A DNA stretch of 44,333 nt from contig NCCY01000001.1 of assembly GCA_002279855.1 (NCBI GenBank), forward strand, positions 1 to 44,333, given 5' to 3'. Position 1 is the first letter of the stretch. The number at the start of each line of letters is the position of its first letter. A program made the position numbers and the translations under genes. Shown here piece after piece: positions 9,323 through 18,948 of this stretch. Below the pieces are notes generated by a model. That model worked only from the letters and a program-made list of their open reading frames with translations, was not told the origin of the DNA and searched no databases. This DNA is from Rhizobiales bacterium 12-68-15 (GTDB lineage Bacteria; Pseudomonadota; Alphaproteobacteria; Rhizobiales; Xanthobacteraceae).

Positions 9323-11302
9323 GTGGCCGACACCTACGCCGCAGACACCTTTCCCAAGCTGCTGCTCGACAATGCCGCCCGCCGCCCGGCCCGCCCCGCC
9401 ATGCGGGAGAAGCGATACGGAATCTGGAAGACCTGGACCTGGGCCGACCTCACCCGTGAGATCGAGGCGCTGTCCCTCGGCCTGAAGGTGGCGGGCATCG
9501 CGCCCGGCCAGCGCGTGGCGGTCATCGGCGTCAATCGCTCGCGCCTTTACTGGAGCATCCTCGCCGCTCAGTGCGTGGGCGCCGTGCCGGTTCCGCTCTA
9601 TCCGGACGCGGTAGCCCAGGAGATGGCTTACCTGCTCGCCCATGCGGAAGTCACCGCCGCCATCGTCGAGGACCAGGAGCAGGTGGACAAGCTCCTGTCC
9701 GTGCTCCCCGAGCTGCCGGCGCTCCGGCTCATCGCCTATGACGAGCCCCGCGGCATGCGCGATTATGTCTGCGAGGCCTGCGCGCTCACCAGCCTCGACG
9801 CGATCATGGCCTCCGGCCGGCAGGAGACTGCCGGCGCAGGCCTCAGCCGCGCCTTCACCGACTTAGTCGCCCGCACCGGGGGCGGCGACACCTCGATCAT
9901 CCTCTATACGTCCGGCACCACCGGTCGGCCGAAGGGGGCTGTCATCTCCTCCGAGCGGGCCATCAGCGCCGCCCGTCAGACGGTGGCGGCGGACCGCCTC
10001 GACGAGACCGACGAGGTGCTCGCCTATCTGCCCATCGCCTGGGCCGGTGACCACTATCTGAACTATGCCCAGGCCTTCGTTGCCGGCTTCTGCATGTCCT
10101 GCCCGGAAGAGCCGGAAACGGTGGCTATCGACATCTTCGAGATCGGCCCCACCTTCTATTTCGCGCCACCGCGGGTGCTGGAGGACCTGCTCACCCGCAT
10201 CATGATCTCCATGGAGGATGCGGGCCGTGCCAAGCGCTGGCTGTTCGACCGCTTCATGGGCGTGGCGCGGTGCTGGGGCGAGCCGATCCTCAACGGAAGG
10301 GCCGACGTGCCGCTCCACGGCCGCCTGCTCTACGCCCTCGGCGAGGCCCTGATCTACGGGCCGGTCAAGAACGTGCTCGGCTTCTCGCGCATCAAGGTCG
10401 CCTATACGGCGGGCGAGGCCATCGGGCCGGACCTGTTCGCCTTCTACCGCTCCATCGGCGTGAACCTGAAGCAGTTCTACGGCCAGACGGAAGCCTTCCT
10501 CTACATCTCGACCCAGCCCGACGGGCAGATCCGCTCCGATACGGTGGGGCCGGCGGCGCCGGGGGTGGAGATTCGCATCGTCGAGAGCGGCGAGGTGCAG
10601 TTCCGCTCGCCGGGCCAGTTCGTGGAATATCTCGGCGATCCCGTCCGCACCGCGGAGACCCTGACCCCGGACGGATTCGTGCGCACGGGCGACGCCGGCT
10701 TCATCGGCCAGGACGGGCATCTGCGCATCATCGACCGCGCCAAAGACGTGGGCCGGCTCACCGACGGAACCCTGTTCGCGCCCAAATATATCGAGAACAA
10801 GCTGAAGTTCTTTCCCAATATCAAGGAGGCCGTGGCCTTCGGCGACGGGCGCGACTTCGTTGCCGCCTTCATCAACATCGACCTCACCGCGCTCGGCAAC
10901 TGGGCGGAGCGCAACGGCGTGAGCTACGGCTCCTACCAGGAGCTGGCAGCGCTGCCGCAGGTCTACGACATCATCCGCGGCCACATCCGCCAGGTGAACC
11001 GTGATCTCGCGGCGGAGCCCGCCATGGCGGGCGCGGCCATTACCCGCTTCGTCATCCTGCACAAGGAGCTCGATGCCGATGACGGCGAGCTGACGCGCAC
11101 ACGCAAGGTGCGCCGCGCCTTCGTGCAGGAGAAGTATGCCGGCCTTGTCGCCACCCTCTACGAAAATGCCCGCGAATGCTTCGTGAGCACCGAAGTCACG
11201 TTCGAGGATGGCCGCAAGGGACGCATCGAGGCCACGCTCACCCTCGCCGAGGTCGACGATCGGGGCCCGCACCCTCACCAGCGCGAGACATTGGCAGCAT
11301 GA
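9323..11302 (+). CDS. Long-chain-fatty-acid CoA ligase-like AMP-binding protein
   Basis: YTSGTTGRPKG, YGQTE, TGDAG and IIDRAKD motifs. GTG start after a GGAGG site. Confidence 0.92.
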   Translation: MADTYAADTFPKLLLDNAARRPARPAMREKRYGIWKTWTWADLTREIEALSLGLKVAGIAPGQRVAVIGVNRSRLYWSILAAQCVGAVPVPLYPDAVAQEMAYLLAHAEVTAAIVEDQEQVDKLLSVLPELPALRLIAYDEPRGMRDYVCEACALTSLDAIMASGRQETAGAGLSRAFTDLVARTGGGDTSIILYTSGTTGRPKGAVISSERAISAARQTVAADRLDETDEVLAYLPIAWAGDHYLNYAQAFVAGFCMSCPEEPETVAIDIFEIGPTFYFAPPRVLEDLLTRIMISMEDAGRAKRWLFDRFMGVARCWGEPILNGRADVPLHGRLLYALGEALIYGPVKNVLGFSRIKVAYTAGEAIGPDLFAFYRSIGVNLKQFYGQTEAFLYISTQPDGQIRSDTVGPAAPGVEIRIVESGEVQFRSPGQFVEYLGDPVRTAETLTPDGFVRTGDAGFIGQDGHLRIIDRAKDVGRLTDGTLFAPKYIENKLKFFPNIKEAVAFGDGRDFVAAFINIDLTALGNWAERNGVSYGSYQELAALPQVYDIIRGHIRQVNRDLAAEPAMAGAAITRFVILHKELDADDGELTRTRKVRRAFVQEKYAGLVATLYENARECFVSTEVTFEDGRKGRIEATLTLAEVDDRGPHPHQRETLAA

Positions 11303-12159
11303 CGGCGCTCTTCTCCTCGACGGCCGCCGCAGGAGCGGCATCGGCCGCCCGCGCCGCCCCCGCGCCCATCGCGCGCAGCATCGCCGCCACCGCGCCGCTG
11401 CTGGAGATCCAGCGCGTCAGCCTCAGCTTCGGCGGGGTCCGGGCGCTGAACGATGTCTCGTTCGACATCCGGTCGGGCGAGATCCTCGCCATCATCGGCC
11501 CGAACGGCGCCGGCAAGACCTCGATGCTCAACTGCATCAACGGCTTCTACCGTCCCACCTCCGGCTACATCGTGCTCGACGGCGAGCGCCGCACCCAGAC
11601 CCGCCCTTGGTTCGCGGCCCGGCGCGGCATCGCCCGCACCTTCCAGAACGTGGCGCTCTTCAAGGGCATGACCACGCTCGACAACATCATGACCGGGCGC
11701 GCGCTGAAGATCCGCAGCAGCATCCTCGGCCAGCTGGTGCGCGTTGGCCCGGCCATGCGCGAAGAGATCGAGCACCGCCGCAAGGTGGAGGAGATCATCG
11801 ACTTCCTCGAGATCCAGGCCATCCGCAAGGTGCCGGTGGGCAAGCTGCCCTACGGGCTGCAGAAGAGGGTGGAGCTGGGGCGGGCGCTGGCCATGGAACC
11901 GCGGCTTCTCCTGCTCGACGAACCCATGGCGGGCATGAACCTGGAGGAGAAGGAAGACATGAGCCGCTTCATCCTTGAGGTGAACCAGACCTACGGCACC
12001 ACCATCACCCTGATCGAGCACGACATCGGCGTGGTGATGAACCTGTCCGACCGCATCGTCGTGCTCGACCACGGCTGCAAGATCGCCGACGGCACGCCGG
12101 CCGAGGTCAAGAGCGACCCGCGCGTCATCGACGCTTATCTCGGCCGGGGAGGAGCATGA
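11299..12159 (+). CDS. LIV-type ABC transporter ATP-binding protein (LivG-like)
   Basis: Walker A GPNGAGKT, LPYGLQKRVE and LLLDEP. The ATG overlaps the upstream stop codon. Confidence 0.92.
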   Translation: MTALFSSTAAAGAASAARAAPAPIARSIAATAPLLEIQRVSLSFGGVRALNDVSFDIRSGEILAIIGPNGAGKTSMLNCINGFYRPTSGYIVLDGERRTQTRPWFAARRGIARTFQNVALFKGMTTLDNIMTGRALKIRSSILGQLVRVGPAMREEIEHRRKVEEIIDFLEIQAIRKVPVGKLPYGLQKRVELGRALAMEPRLLLLDEPMAGMNLEEKEDMSRFILEVNQTYGTTITLIEHDIGVVMNLSDRIVVLDHGCKIADGTPAEVKSDPRVIDAYLGRGGA

Positions 12160-13103
12160 TGCTCGGGTTCGATCCGGCCAAGGTCGGCTTCTTTTTCGAG
12201 GTGCTCGCCTCCGGGCTGCTCTCGGGCATTCTCTACGCCCTGGTGGCGCTCGGGTTCGTGCTGATATTCAAGGCCTCCGGCGTGTTCAACTTCGCCCAGG
12301 GGGCCATGGTGCTGGTCGCCGGGCTCGCCTTGGTGCGGGCCCTCGGCTGGCTCGAGACACAGGTGCCGTTCTGGTTGGCGCTGATGCTCGCCATCGCGTT
12401 CGCGGGCGCGCTGATGACCGGCATCGCCTGGGCGGTGGAGCGCTTCGCCCTGCGCAAGCTCGTGAACCAGACCGCACTGACGCTGTTCATGGCCACCATC
12501 GGTATCACCTTCGTGCTGGAGGGCCTGGGCCAGCAGATCTTCGGGGCCCAGGTCTACAAGCTCGACATCGGCCTGCCGCGCGACAGCCTGTTCGTGCTGG
12601 AGAGCGTGTTCGACGGCGGGATCCTGCTGAACCAGCTCGATCTGTGGTCGGCCGTGCTCGCGGCCCTGCTGGTGGTGGCGCTGGCCGTCTTCTTTCAGAA
12701 GACACAGGTGGGCCGTGCCCTGCGTGCCGTGGCCGACGACCATGCGGCGGCGCAGTCGGTGGGCATTCCCCTGACGCGGGTGTGGTTCATCGTGTGGATG
12801 GTGGCCGGCTTCGTCGCCATCGCCGCGGCGGCGGTTTGGGGCTCGAAGGTGGGGGTGCAGTTCTCCCTCGTCTACGTGGCGCTCAAGGCCTTGCCGGTCA
12901 TCATCGTCGGCGGCCTCACCTCCATCCCCGGCGCCATCGTCGGCGGCCTGCTCATCGGCGCCGGAGAGAAGCTGGCCGAGGTCTATCTCGGTCCTTCCGT
13001 CGGCGGCGGGATCGAGCACTGGTTTGCCTATGTCGTCGCCCTCCTGGTCCTCCTGGTGCGCCCGCAGGGGCTATTCGGGGACCGTATCATCGAGCGGATC
13101 TGA
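12156..13103 (+). CDS. LIV-type ABC transporter permease (LivH-like)
   Basis: Hydrophobic; contains YALVALGFVLIFKASGVFNFAQG, GRALRAVADD and RPQGLFG. Confidence 0.92.
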   Translation: MMLGFDPAKVGFFFEVLASGLLSGILYALVALGFVLIFKASGVFNFAQGAMVLVAGLALVRALGWLETQVPFWLALMLAIAFAGALMTGIAWAVERFALRKLVNQTALTLFMATIGITFVLEGLGQQIFGAQVYKLDIGLPRDSLFVLESVFDGGILLNQLDLWSAVLAALLVVALAVFFQKTQVGRALRAVADDHAAAQSVGIPLTRVWFIVWMVAGFVAIAAAAVWGSKVGVQFSLVYVALKALPVIIVGGLTSIPGAIVGGLLIGAGEKLAEVYLGPSVGGGIEHWFAYVVALLVLLVRPQGLFGDRIIERI

Positions 13104-13105
13104 GC

Positions 13106-14194
13106 ATGTTCTACCGTGAGGCCGGCCACTTCCACGACAAGTACCGGGACGAGATGGCGATCTTCCAGATCCGGGAGGACCGCATCGGCATCCGCCTGCT
13201 GCTGATCGCTGCCTTTGTCGCCGTGCCGCTTCTCCACGCGGCCGGCGTGCCGCCCTTCGCCGGCGACTATCTCTTCAGCGCGGTGCTGACGCCGCTCCTG
13301 ATCCTCGCCACCGCCGCCATCGGCCTCAACCTGCTCGTCGGCTATTGCGGGCAGATCTCCCTCGGCGCCGGTGCCTTCATGGGGGTGGGGGCCTACGCTG
13401 CCTACAACGTGTCGGTCCACCTGCCGGGACTGCCGCTCCTCGCCACCTTCCTGCTGGCGGGTGCGGCAAGCGCCGTCGTGGGCCTCGTCTTCGGCATCCC
13501 CTCGCTGCGCATCAAGGGTCTCTACCTCGCGGTCGCGACGCTCGCCGCGCAATTCTTCCTGGACTGGGCGTTCCTGCGCGTCGGGTGGATCACCAATTAT
13601 TCCGCCTCCGGCTCGGTCACTGCGCCGCCCCTCGTCATCGCCGGCTGGCACGTGGACTCGCCGGTGGAACGCTATCTGCTCGCCCTCGCCGTCGCGGCCA
13701 TCGTGGCGCTCGGCGCCGCGAACCTGGTGCGGGGCAATCTCGGCCGGCAATGGATGGCGATCCGCGACATGGACATCGCGGCCGAAATCATCGGCATCCG
13801 CCCCATGCAGTCGAAGCTGACCGCGTTCGCCATCTCCTCCTTCATCCTGGGGCTCGCGGGGGCGCTGTGGGCGTTCGTCAACCTGCGCGCGTGGGAGCCC
13901 TACGCCTTCTCCATCGACCGCTCGTTCCAGCTGCTGTTCATCGTCATCGTCGGCGGGCTCGGCTCCATCATTGGCTGCTTTTTGGGGGCGGCCTTCATCT
14001 GGCTGCTGCCGCTCGCGGTCGAAGGCATCCCGCGCTGGCTCTCGATCCCCATCGCTGCGGATGCCGCGGCGAACCTGACGCTCGGCGTGTTCGGCGCGCT
14101 GATCCTCATCACGCTGATCTTCGAGCCCCACGGCCTCGCCCGCATCTGGGCCATCATGAAACACAAACTCCGACGCTGGCCCTTCCCCTACTGA
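13106..14194 (+). CDS. LIV-type ABC transporter permease (LivM-like)
   Basis: Contains GLNLLVGYCGQISLG, LRIKGLYLAVATLA, AIRDMDIAAEIIGI and EPHGL. Confidence 0.92.
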   Translation: MFYREAGHFHDKYRDEMAIFQIREDRIGIRLLLIAAFVAVPLLHAAGVPPFAGDYLFSAVLTPLLILATAAIGLNLLVGYCGQISLGAGAFMGVGAYAAYNVSVHLPGLPLLATFLLAGAASAVVGLVFGIPSLRIKGLYLAVATLAAQFFLDWAFLRVGWITNYSASGSVTAPPLVIAGWHVDSPVERYLLALAVAAIVALGAANLVRGNLGRQWMAIRDMDIAAEIIGIRPMQSKLTAFAISSFILGLAGALWAFVNLRAWEPYAFSIDRSFQLLFIVIVGGLGSIIGCFLGAAFIWLLPLAVEGIPRWLSIPIAADAAANLTLGVFGALILITLIFEPHGLARIWAIMKHKLRRWPFPY

Positions 14195-14260
14195 CCGAGG
14201 GGCAAAAGCGGAGCGCCAGAGCCGGCCCAAGCCGGCCAAACTCCAAGGGAGGAGAAGCCA

Positions 14261-15586
14261 ATGAAGAATCCCACGACGAAGTTGAGTATGCTTCTGGCGG
14301 CAGCGCTGCTGGCCCTACCGGTCGCAGCGCGTGGCGAGGAGAACGGGCAGTTCATCCCCGTTCTGTCCTACCGCACGGGGCCGTTCGCGCCAAACGGCAT
14401 CCCCTGGGCCAACGGCATCGTCGACTATTTCGAGCTAATCAACCAGCGCGACGGCGGCATCAACGGCGTGAAGATCATCTACGAGGAATGCGAGACGGGG
14501 TACGCCACCGACCGCGGCGTCGAATGCTACGAGCGCCTCAAGAACAAGGGGCCGACCGGAGCCGCGTTCGTCAATCCCCTCTCCACCGGCATCACCTTCG
14601 CCCTCACCGAGAAGGCGCCGGTAGACAAGATCCCCCTCATCACCGCCGGCTTTGGCCGCTCCGAATCGAAAGACGGCAGCGTCTTCACCTGGAACTTCCC
14701 GCTGATTGGCACTTATTGGACCGCGGCGGACGTGGCCGTGCAGTATATCGCCAAGGAATTCGGCGGTCCGGACAAGCTCAAGGGCCGCAAGATCGTGCTG
14801 CTCTATCATGATTCCCCGTTCGGCAAGGAACCGATCCCGGTTCTGGAGGCGCTCGCCAAGAAATACGACTTCCAGCTTACGCTCATCCCGGTGGCCAATC
14901 CGGGCGTGGAGCAGAAGTCGCAATGGCTGCAGATCCGCCAGCTCCGTCCCGACTATGTGGTGATGTGGGGCTGGGGCGTGATGAACCCCACGGCCATCCA
15001 GGAGGCCGCCAACGTCAACTTCCCGCGCGAGAAGATGCTCGGCTTCTGGTTCGCGGGCGCGGAGCCCGACGTCGTCCCCGCCGGCGCCCAGGCGGTGGGC
15101 TACAAGGCGCTGATGCTGCAGCACGGGGCGGGGCGCGCGCGCGTCCACGACGACCTCGACAAGTACGTCTACGGCAAGGGGCTCGGCAAATCGAACCCCA
15201 CCGATTCCAGCGGCGTGCTGTTCAATCGCGGCATGGTGGGGGCCATGCTCGGCGTCGAGGGCATCCGCACCGCCATGGCCAAGTTCGGCAACAAGCCGCT
15301 CACCGGCGAGCAGGTGCGCTGGGGCATCGAGCACCTCGCGCTCGACGAGAACAGGCTGAAGGAGCTGGGCTTCGAGGGCATGATCAGCCCCATCAAGATC
15401 AGCTGCTCGGACCACGAGGGCTCCCACACCTCCCGCATCCAGCAATGGGACGGCAAGCAGTGGAAGGTAATCTCCGACTGGTACACGGCGGACGAGACCA
15501 TGCTCGCACCCATGCTGAAGGATGCGGCCGGCCGCTACGCCAAGGAGAAGGGCATCACGCCGCGCGACTGCAGCAAGGAGTCCTGA
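14261..15586 (+). CDS. ABC transporter periplasmic substrate-binding protein (LIV/PBP1 family)
   Basis: Signal peptide followed by YRTGPFAPNG, GGINGVKI and ECETGY. GGAGG ribosome-binding site. Confidence 0.92.
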   Translation: MKNPTTKLSMLLAAALLALPVAARGEENGQFIPVLSYRTGPFAPNGIPWANGIVDYFELINQRDGGINGVKIIYEECETGYATDRGVECYERLKNKGPTGAAFVNPLSTGITFALTEKAPVDKIPLITAGFGRSESKDGSVFTWNFPLIGTYWTAADVAVQYIAKEFGGPDKLKGRKIVLLYHDSPFGKEPIPVLEALAKKYDFQLTLIPVANPGVEQKSQWLQIRQLRPDYVVMWGWGVMNPTAIQEAANVNFPREKMLGFWFAGAEPDVVPAGAQAVGYKALMLQHGAGRARVHDDLDKYVYGKGLGKSNPTDSSGVLFNRGMVGAMLGVEGIRTAMAKFGNKPLTGEQVRWGIEHLALDENRLKELGFEGMISPIKISCSDHEGSHTSRIQQWDGKQWKVISDWYTADETMLAPMLKDAAGRYAKEKGITPRDCSKES

Positions 15587-15595
15587 GCACCAGAA

Positions 15596-15630
15596 CGTCC
15601 CCCCGCATCACGCAAGTGGGGGGGGGGACG
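15596..15630 (+). repeat. Intercistronic GC hairpin containing a G10 run
   Basis: CGTCCCCCC (15596-15604) pairs with GGGGGGACG (15622-15630), just after the binding-protein stop codon. There is no U tail. Confidence 0.65.
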
Positions 15631-15710
15631 ATCCCGCCCGTCGCATCGACCCACGCGAACCGGTGCCCACTTCGCTCGAACACGCTCGAGCCGATCCAGG
15701 GAACGACGCC

Positions 15711-16544
15711 ATGACGCCACAAGCTCCCGCGGGAGATACCGCCCCGGCCATTCTCTCGGTCAACAACATCGAGGTGATCTATGACCACGTCGCGCTGGTG
15801 CTGAGGGGCGTCTCCCTCACGGTGCCGGAGGGCGGCATCGTCGCCCTCCTCGGCGCCAACGGCGCCGGCAAGACCACGACGCTGCGCGCGGTGTCGAACC
15901 TGCTCAGGTCCGAGCGGGGTGACGTCACCAAGGGCTCCGTCGTGTTCGCCGGCGAGCGGGTGGACCGCCTGACCGCCAACGACCTCGTCCGGCGCGGCTG
16001 CATTCAGGTGCTGGAGGGACGGCGCTGCTTCGGCCACCTGTCGGTGGAGGAGAACCTGCTCACCGGCGCCTATACCCGCCGGGACGGCGCGGCCGCCGTC
16101 CGGCAGAACCTCGAGGACATCTACGGGACCTTTCCCCGCCTGCGCGAGCGCCGCAAGGCGCAGGCGGGCTATCTCTCCGGCGGCGAGCAGCAGATGTGCG
16201 CCATTGGCCGCGCGCTGATGTCGAAGCCTCGCATGATCCTCCTGGACGAGCCCTCCATGGGCCTCGCCCCGCAGGTGGTGGAAGAGATCTTCGAAATCGT
16301 CCACGCCCTCAACCAGCACCGCGGCGTCTCTTTCCTGTTGGCCGAGCAAAACACCAACATGGCGCTGAAATACGCTACCTACGGCTACATCCTGGAGAGC
16401 GGGCGTATCGTCATGGACGGGCCTACAGCGGACATGCGCAACAATGAGGATGTAAGGGAATTCTATCTCGGCACCGCCAGCGGCGAGGGCCGGAACTTCC
16501 GCAACGTGAAGACCTATAAGCGGCGGAAGAGGTGGCTCAATTGA
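15711..16544 (+). CDS. LIV-type ABC transporter ATP-binding protein (LivF-like)
   Basis: Contains GANGAGKTT, LSGGEQQM and LLDEPSMGLAP. Confidence 0.92.
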   Translation: MTPQAPAGDTAPAILSVNNIEVIYDHVALVLRGVSLTVPEGGIVALLGANGAGKTTTLRAVSNLLRSERGDVTKGSVVFAGERVDRLTANDLVRRGCIQVLEGRRCFGHLSVEENLLTGAYTRRDGAAAVRQNLEDIYGTFPRLRERRKAQAGYLSGGEQQMCAIGRALMSKPRMILLDEPSMGLAPQVVEEIFEIVHALNQHRGVSFLLAEQNTNMALKYATYGYILESGRIVMDGPTADMRNNEDVREFYLGTASGEGRNFRNVKTYKRRKRWLN

Positions 16545-16739
16545 CGATGGCCCACCCGTGAGGCTTCGGGCGAAGGGCGCGGCGCGATCTGCTGGAGACC
16601 CAGGGAAAGCTCTAACGAGCGGTAGGATCGCGCGATGAAGTTGAAATGCAGGCGGGCCACACTCCAACGCCGGTGAATATGTCCGTCAACCCCCGCGGGC
16701 CGGCGTCCGGATCCCGCGTCGTGTCCGCACAGGCAGTCC

Positions 16740-17435
16740 ATGATGAACGACCCCGATCACCGCCAGCAAGCCTCGCACACCCTCTCCCGCGTAACGAAGA
16801 TGCTGGTGGATCTCGGCTGCCTGCGCCATCTTGGGCCCATCGGCCGCTATGCGCTCGGCAATGCAGTGCTGACGCTCGGCTATCCCCTGATGGTGAGCCT
16901 CAGCCCATGGCGGGAGGCACGGTCGGTCATGCGCGAATTGGCGGAGGTGGAGTCCGGGCAGGTCTCCCTCGGCGTGCGGGACCGCTTCTCGGTGGTGTCC
17001 ATAGAATCCATCCCGGGCCCACACCGCAGCATGGTCATGCCGGACCTCGGGCCGGTGTGGCCGCTTCTCCACAGCGCCATGGGCCGTGCTCATCTCGCCG
17101 CCCTGGCGCCGGCCGATCGCGACGCCCTGCTCGCCGACTTCAGGCGACGCGGATTCATATCGTCCTTCGGTCTTGCTCGGCCGGACATCTATGCCGGTGC
17201 GGTACCCCTGCGGCTGCGCTGGAACGAGGAGATCATGGCCTTGAACTGCAGCATCGCAGCGTCGCCCTCCCTGGGGCCGGAGGCGTTCACCGCCCTGATC
17301 GGCCGGAAGCTGCTGCTGACCGCGCGCGCCATCGAAGCAGCGGTGGAATTGGCCGTGCAGCCGGACGGGCTGATCACCGAGCGCGAGCTGTCACGCATCC
17401 CGCTCTCGATACGGCCCCTGCGTCCGAACCCCTGA
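16740..17435 (+). pseudogene. IclR-family regulator with apparent internal deletions
   Basis: IclR effector-domain features (MRELA...VSLGVRD, SAMGRAHLA, GAVP...ALNC) are present. Most of the N-terminal helix-turn-helix appears missing, though the reading frame is open. Confidence 0.65.
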
Positions 17436-17479
17436 CCGGAATCCGGTGGAAACGCCCGTCTCCCTCGAACACGCCGCAG

Positions 17480-17740
17480 GCACTGGCCATTGCGGCGAGG
17501 GATAATGCATCCTCGTCCATCATCGCCGCCAACGTCGCTAGGCCCGCCGTCAGGCAGAAGCGATCGAAGCTGGCGCCGACCTCCTGCCAAGCCTCATCGA
17601 CGATTGCAGCCGGCACCACGCCGGCAGATGTGGTAGCTTTCTTCATGGCGTTGCTCTCCTTCGCGGATTCAGCACCCCGAGCTAGCGGCTCAAGGCGGGC
17701 AACACCTGCTCTCCTATTTCAACATCGGCCGGGACATCCC
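17480..17740 (-). mobile_element. IS256-family 5' remnant
   Basis: ATG 17646 encodes ...EAWQEVGASFDRFCLTAGLATLAAMMDEDA, like an IS256 transposase N-terminus, and then decays. Candidate terminal repeat GGGATGTCCCGGCCGATGTTGAAA. Confidence 0.6.
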
Positions 17741-17931
17741 CCCGTCGGGGCCAAGGTGTAAAAAGGGCGGGAAGGCTTACTGAATCATAGGGCTATGGCG
17801 CAAACATAGTGCTCATCACTATCGCTCGTGGCTCACCACCAACGGCAGGAACCCTCACGTCGATCCCCAGCCACGGTCCAAGCTCTACGCAAACATCAGG
17901 CCTGGCGCCAAGGCCATCCCGCCCTGGCTGG

Positions 17932-18948
17932 TGTTTGATCCCGGGCTTTGATGGTGCAGTCTTTTCGCCGGAGTGGAAGGAGGCACTATGGGCCAGGTTC
18001 TTCACGGGAGCGCCACGACGACAGAGGCAGTGCGTCGAGCGATACAACATAGTCAAGAGAGCCTGAGGGCGCTGGCCAAGCGTTACGGGATCAATCAGAA
18101 GACGGTCGCGAAGTGGAAGAAGCGCACCTCGGTCGCTGATCTGCCGACAGGCCCGAGGGCTCCGACATCGACGGTTCTGTCGATCGAGGAAGAGGCGGTC
18201 ATCGTCGCCTTCCGCCGGCATACGCTGCTGCCGCTCGACGACTGCCTCTATGCCTTGCAGGCGACGATCCCGCATCTGACGCGCTCATCCCTGCATCGCT
18301 GCCTGCAGCGCCACGGCATCAGCCGGCTGCCGGAGGTGGAGGGCGACAAGGAGCCGAAGAGGCGGTTCAAGTCCTATCCGATCGGCTTCTTCCATATCGA
18401 TATCGCCGAGGTGCAGACTGCCGAGGGTAAGCTGTACCTTTATGTAGCCATTGATCGCACGAGCAAGTTCGCCTTCGTGCAGGTCGTCAGGAAAACAGGC
18501 CGGACCTCGGCGTCAGCCTTCCTCGTGGCCCTGATCGACGCGGTGCCCTACCGGATCCACACCGTTCTGACGGACAACGGCATCCAGTTTACCTTCCCGC
18601 CGCGCTATGCCGACGGGCCGACAGCTCGCTACATCACCCATATGTTCGACATGCGCTGCCGAGAGAACGGCATCGAGCACCGCCTGACCAAGGTGAAGCA
18701 CCCCTGGACCAATGGCCAGGTCGAGCGGATGAACCGGACCATCAAGGAAGCGACCGTCAAGCGCTTCCACTACGATGATCATCACCAGTTCGAAACGCAT
18801 CTCGCCGACTTCGTCGCCGCCTACAATTTCGGCCGGCGCCTGAAAACCCTCAGAGGCCTCACGCCCTACGAATTCATCTGCAAATGCTGGACTTCAGAGC
18901 CAGAGAGATTCATCCTCGATCCAATCCAGCAAATGCCGGGACTGAACA
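17932..18948 (+). mobile_element. IS481-family insertion sequence, 1017 bp
   Basis: TGT...ACA ends with imperfect inverted repeats TGTTTGATCCCGGGCTTTGATGG / TGTTCAGTCCCGGCATTTGCTGG. No target duplication is visible. Confidence 0.93.

Noticed and set aside
8998-17474. The 11-mer CTCGAACACGC occurs three times downstream of genes (8998, 15675, 17464)
   Set aside because: It is short, irregularly spaced and has no conserved flanks, and near-copies occur inside coding regions on the other strand. Not a CRISPR repeat or a convincing site.
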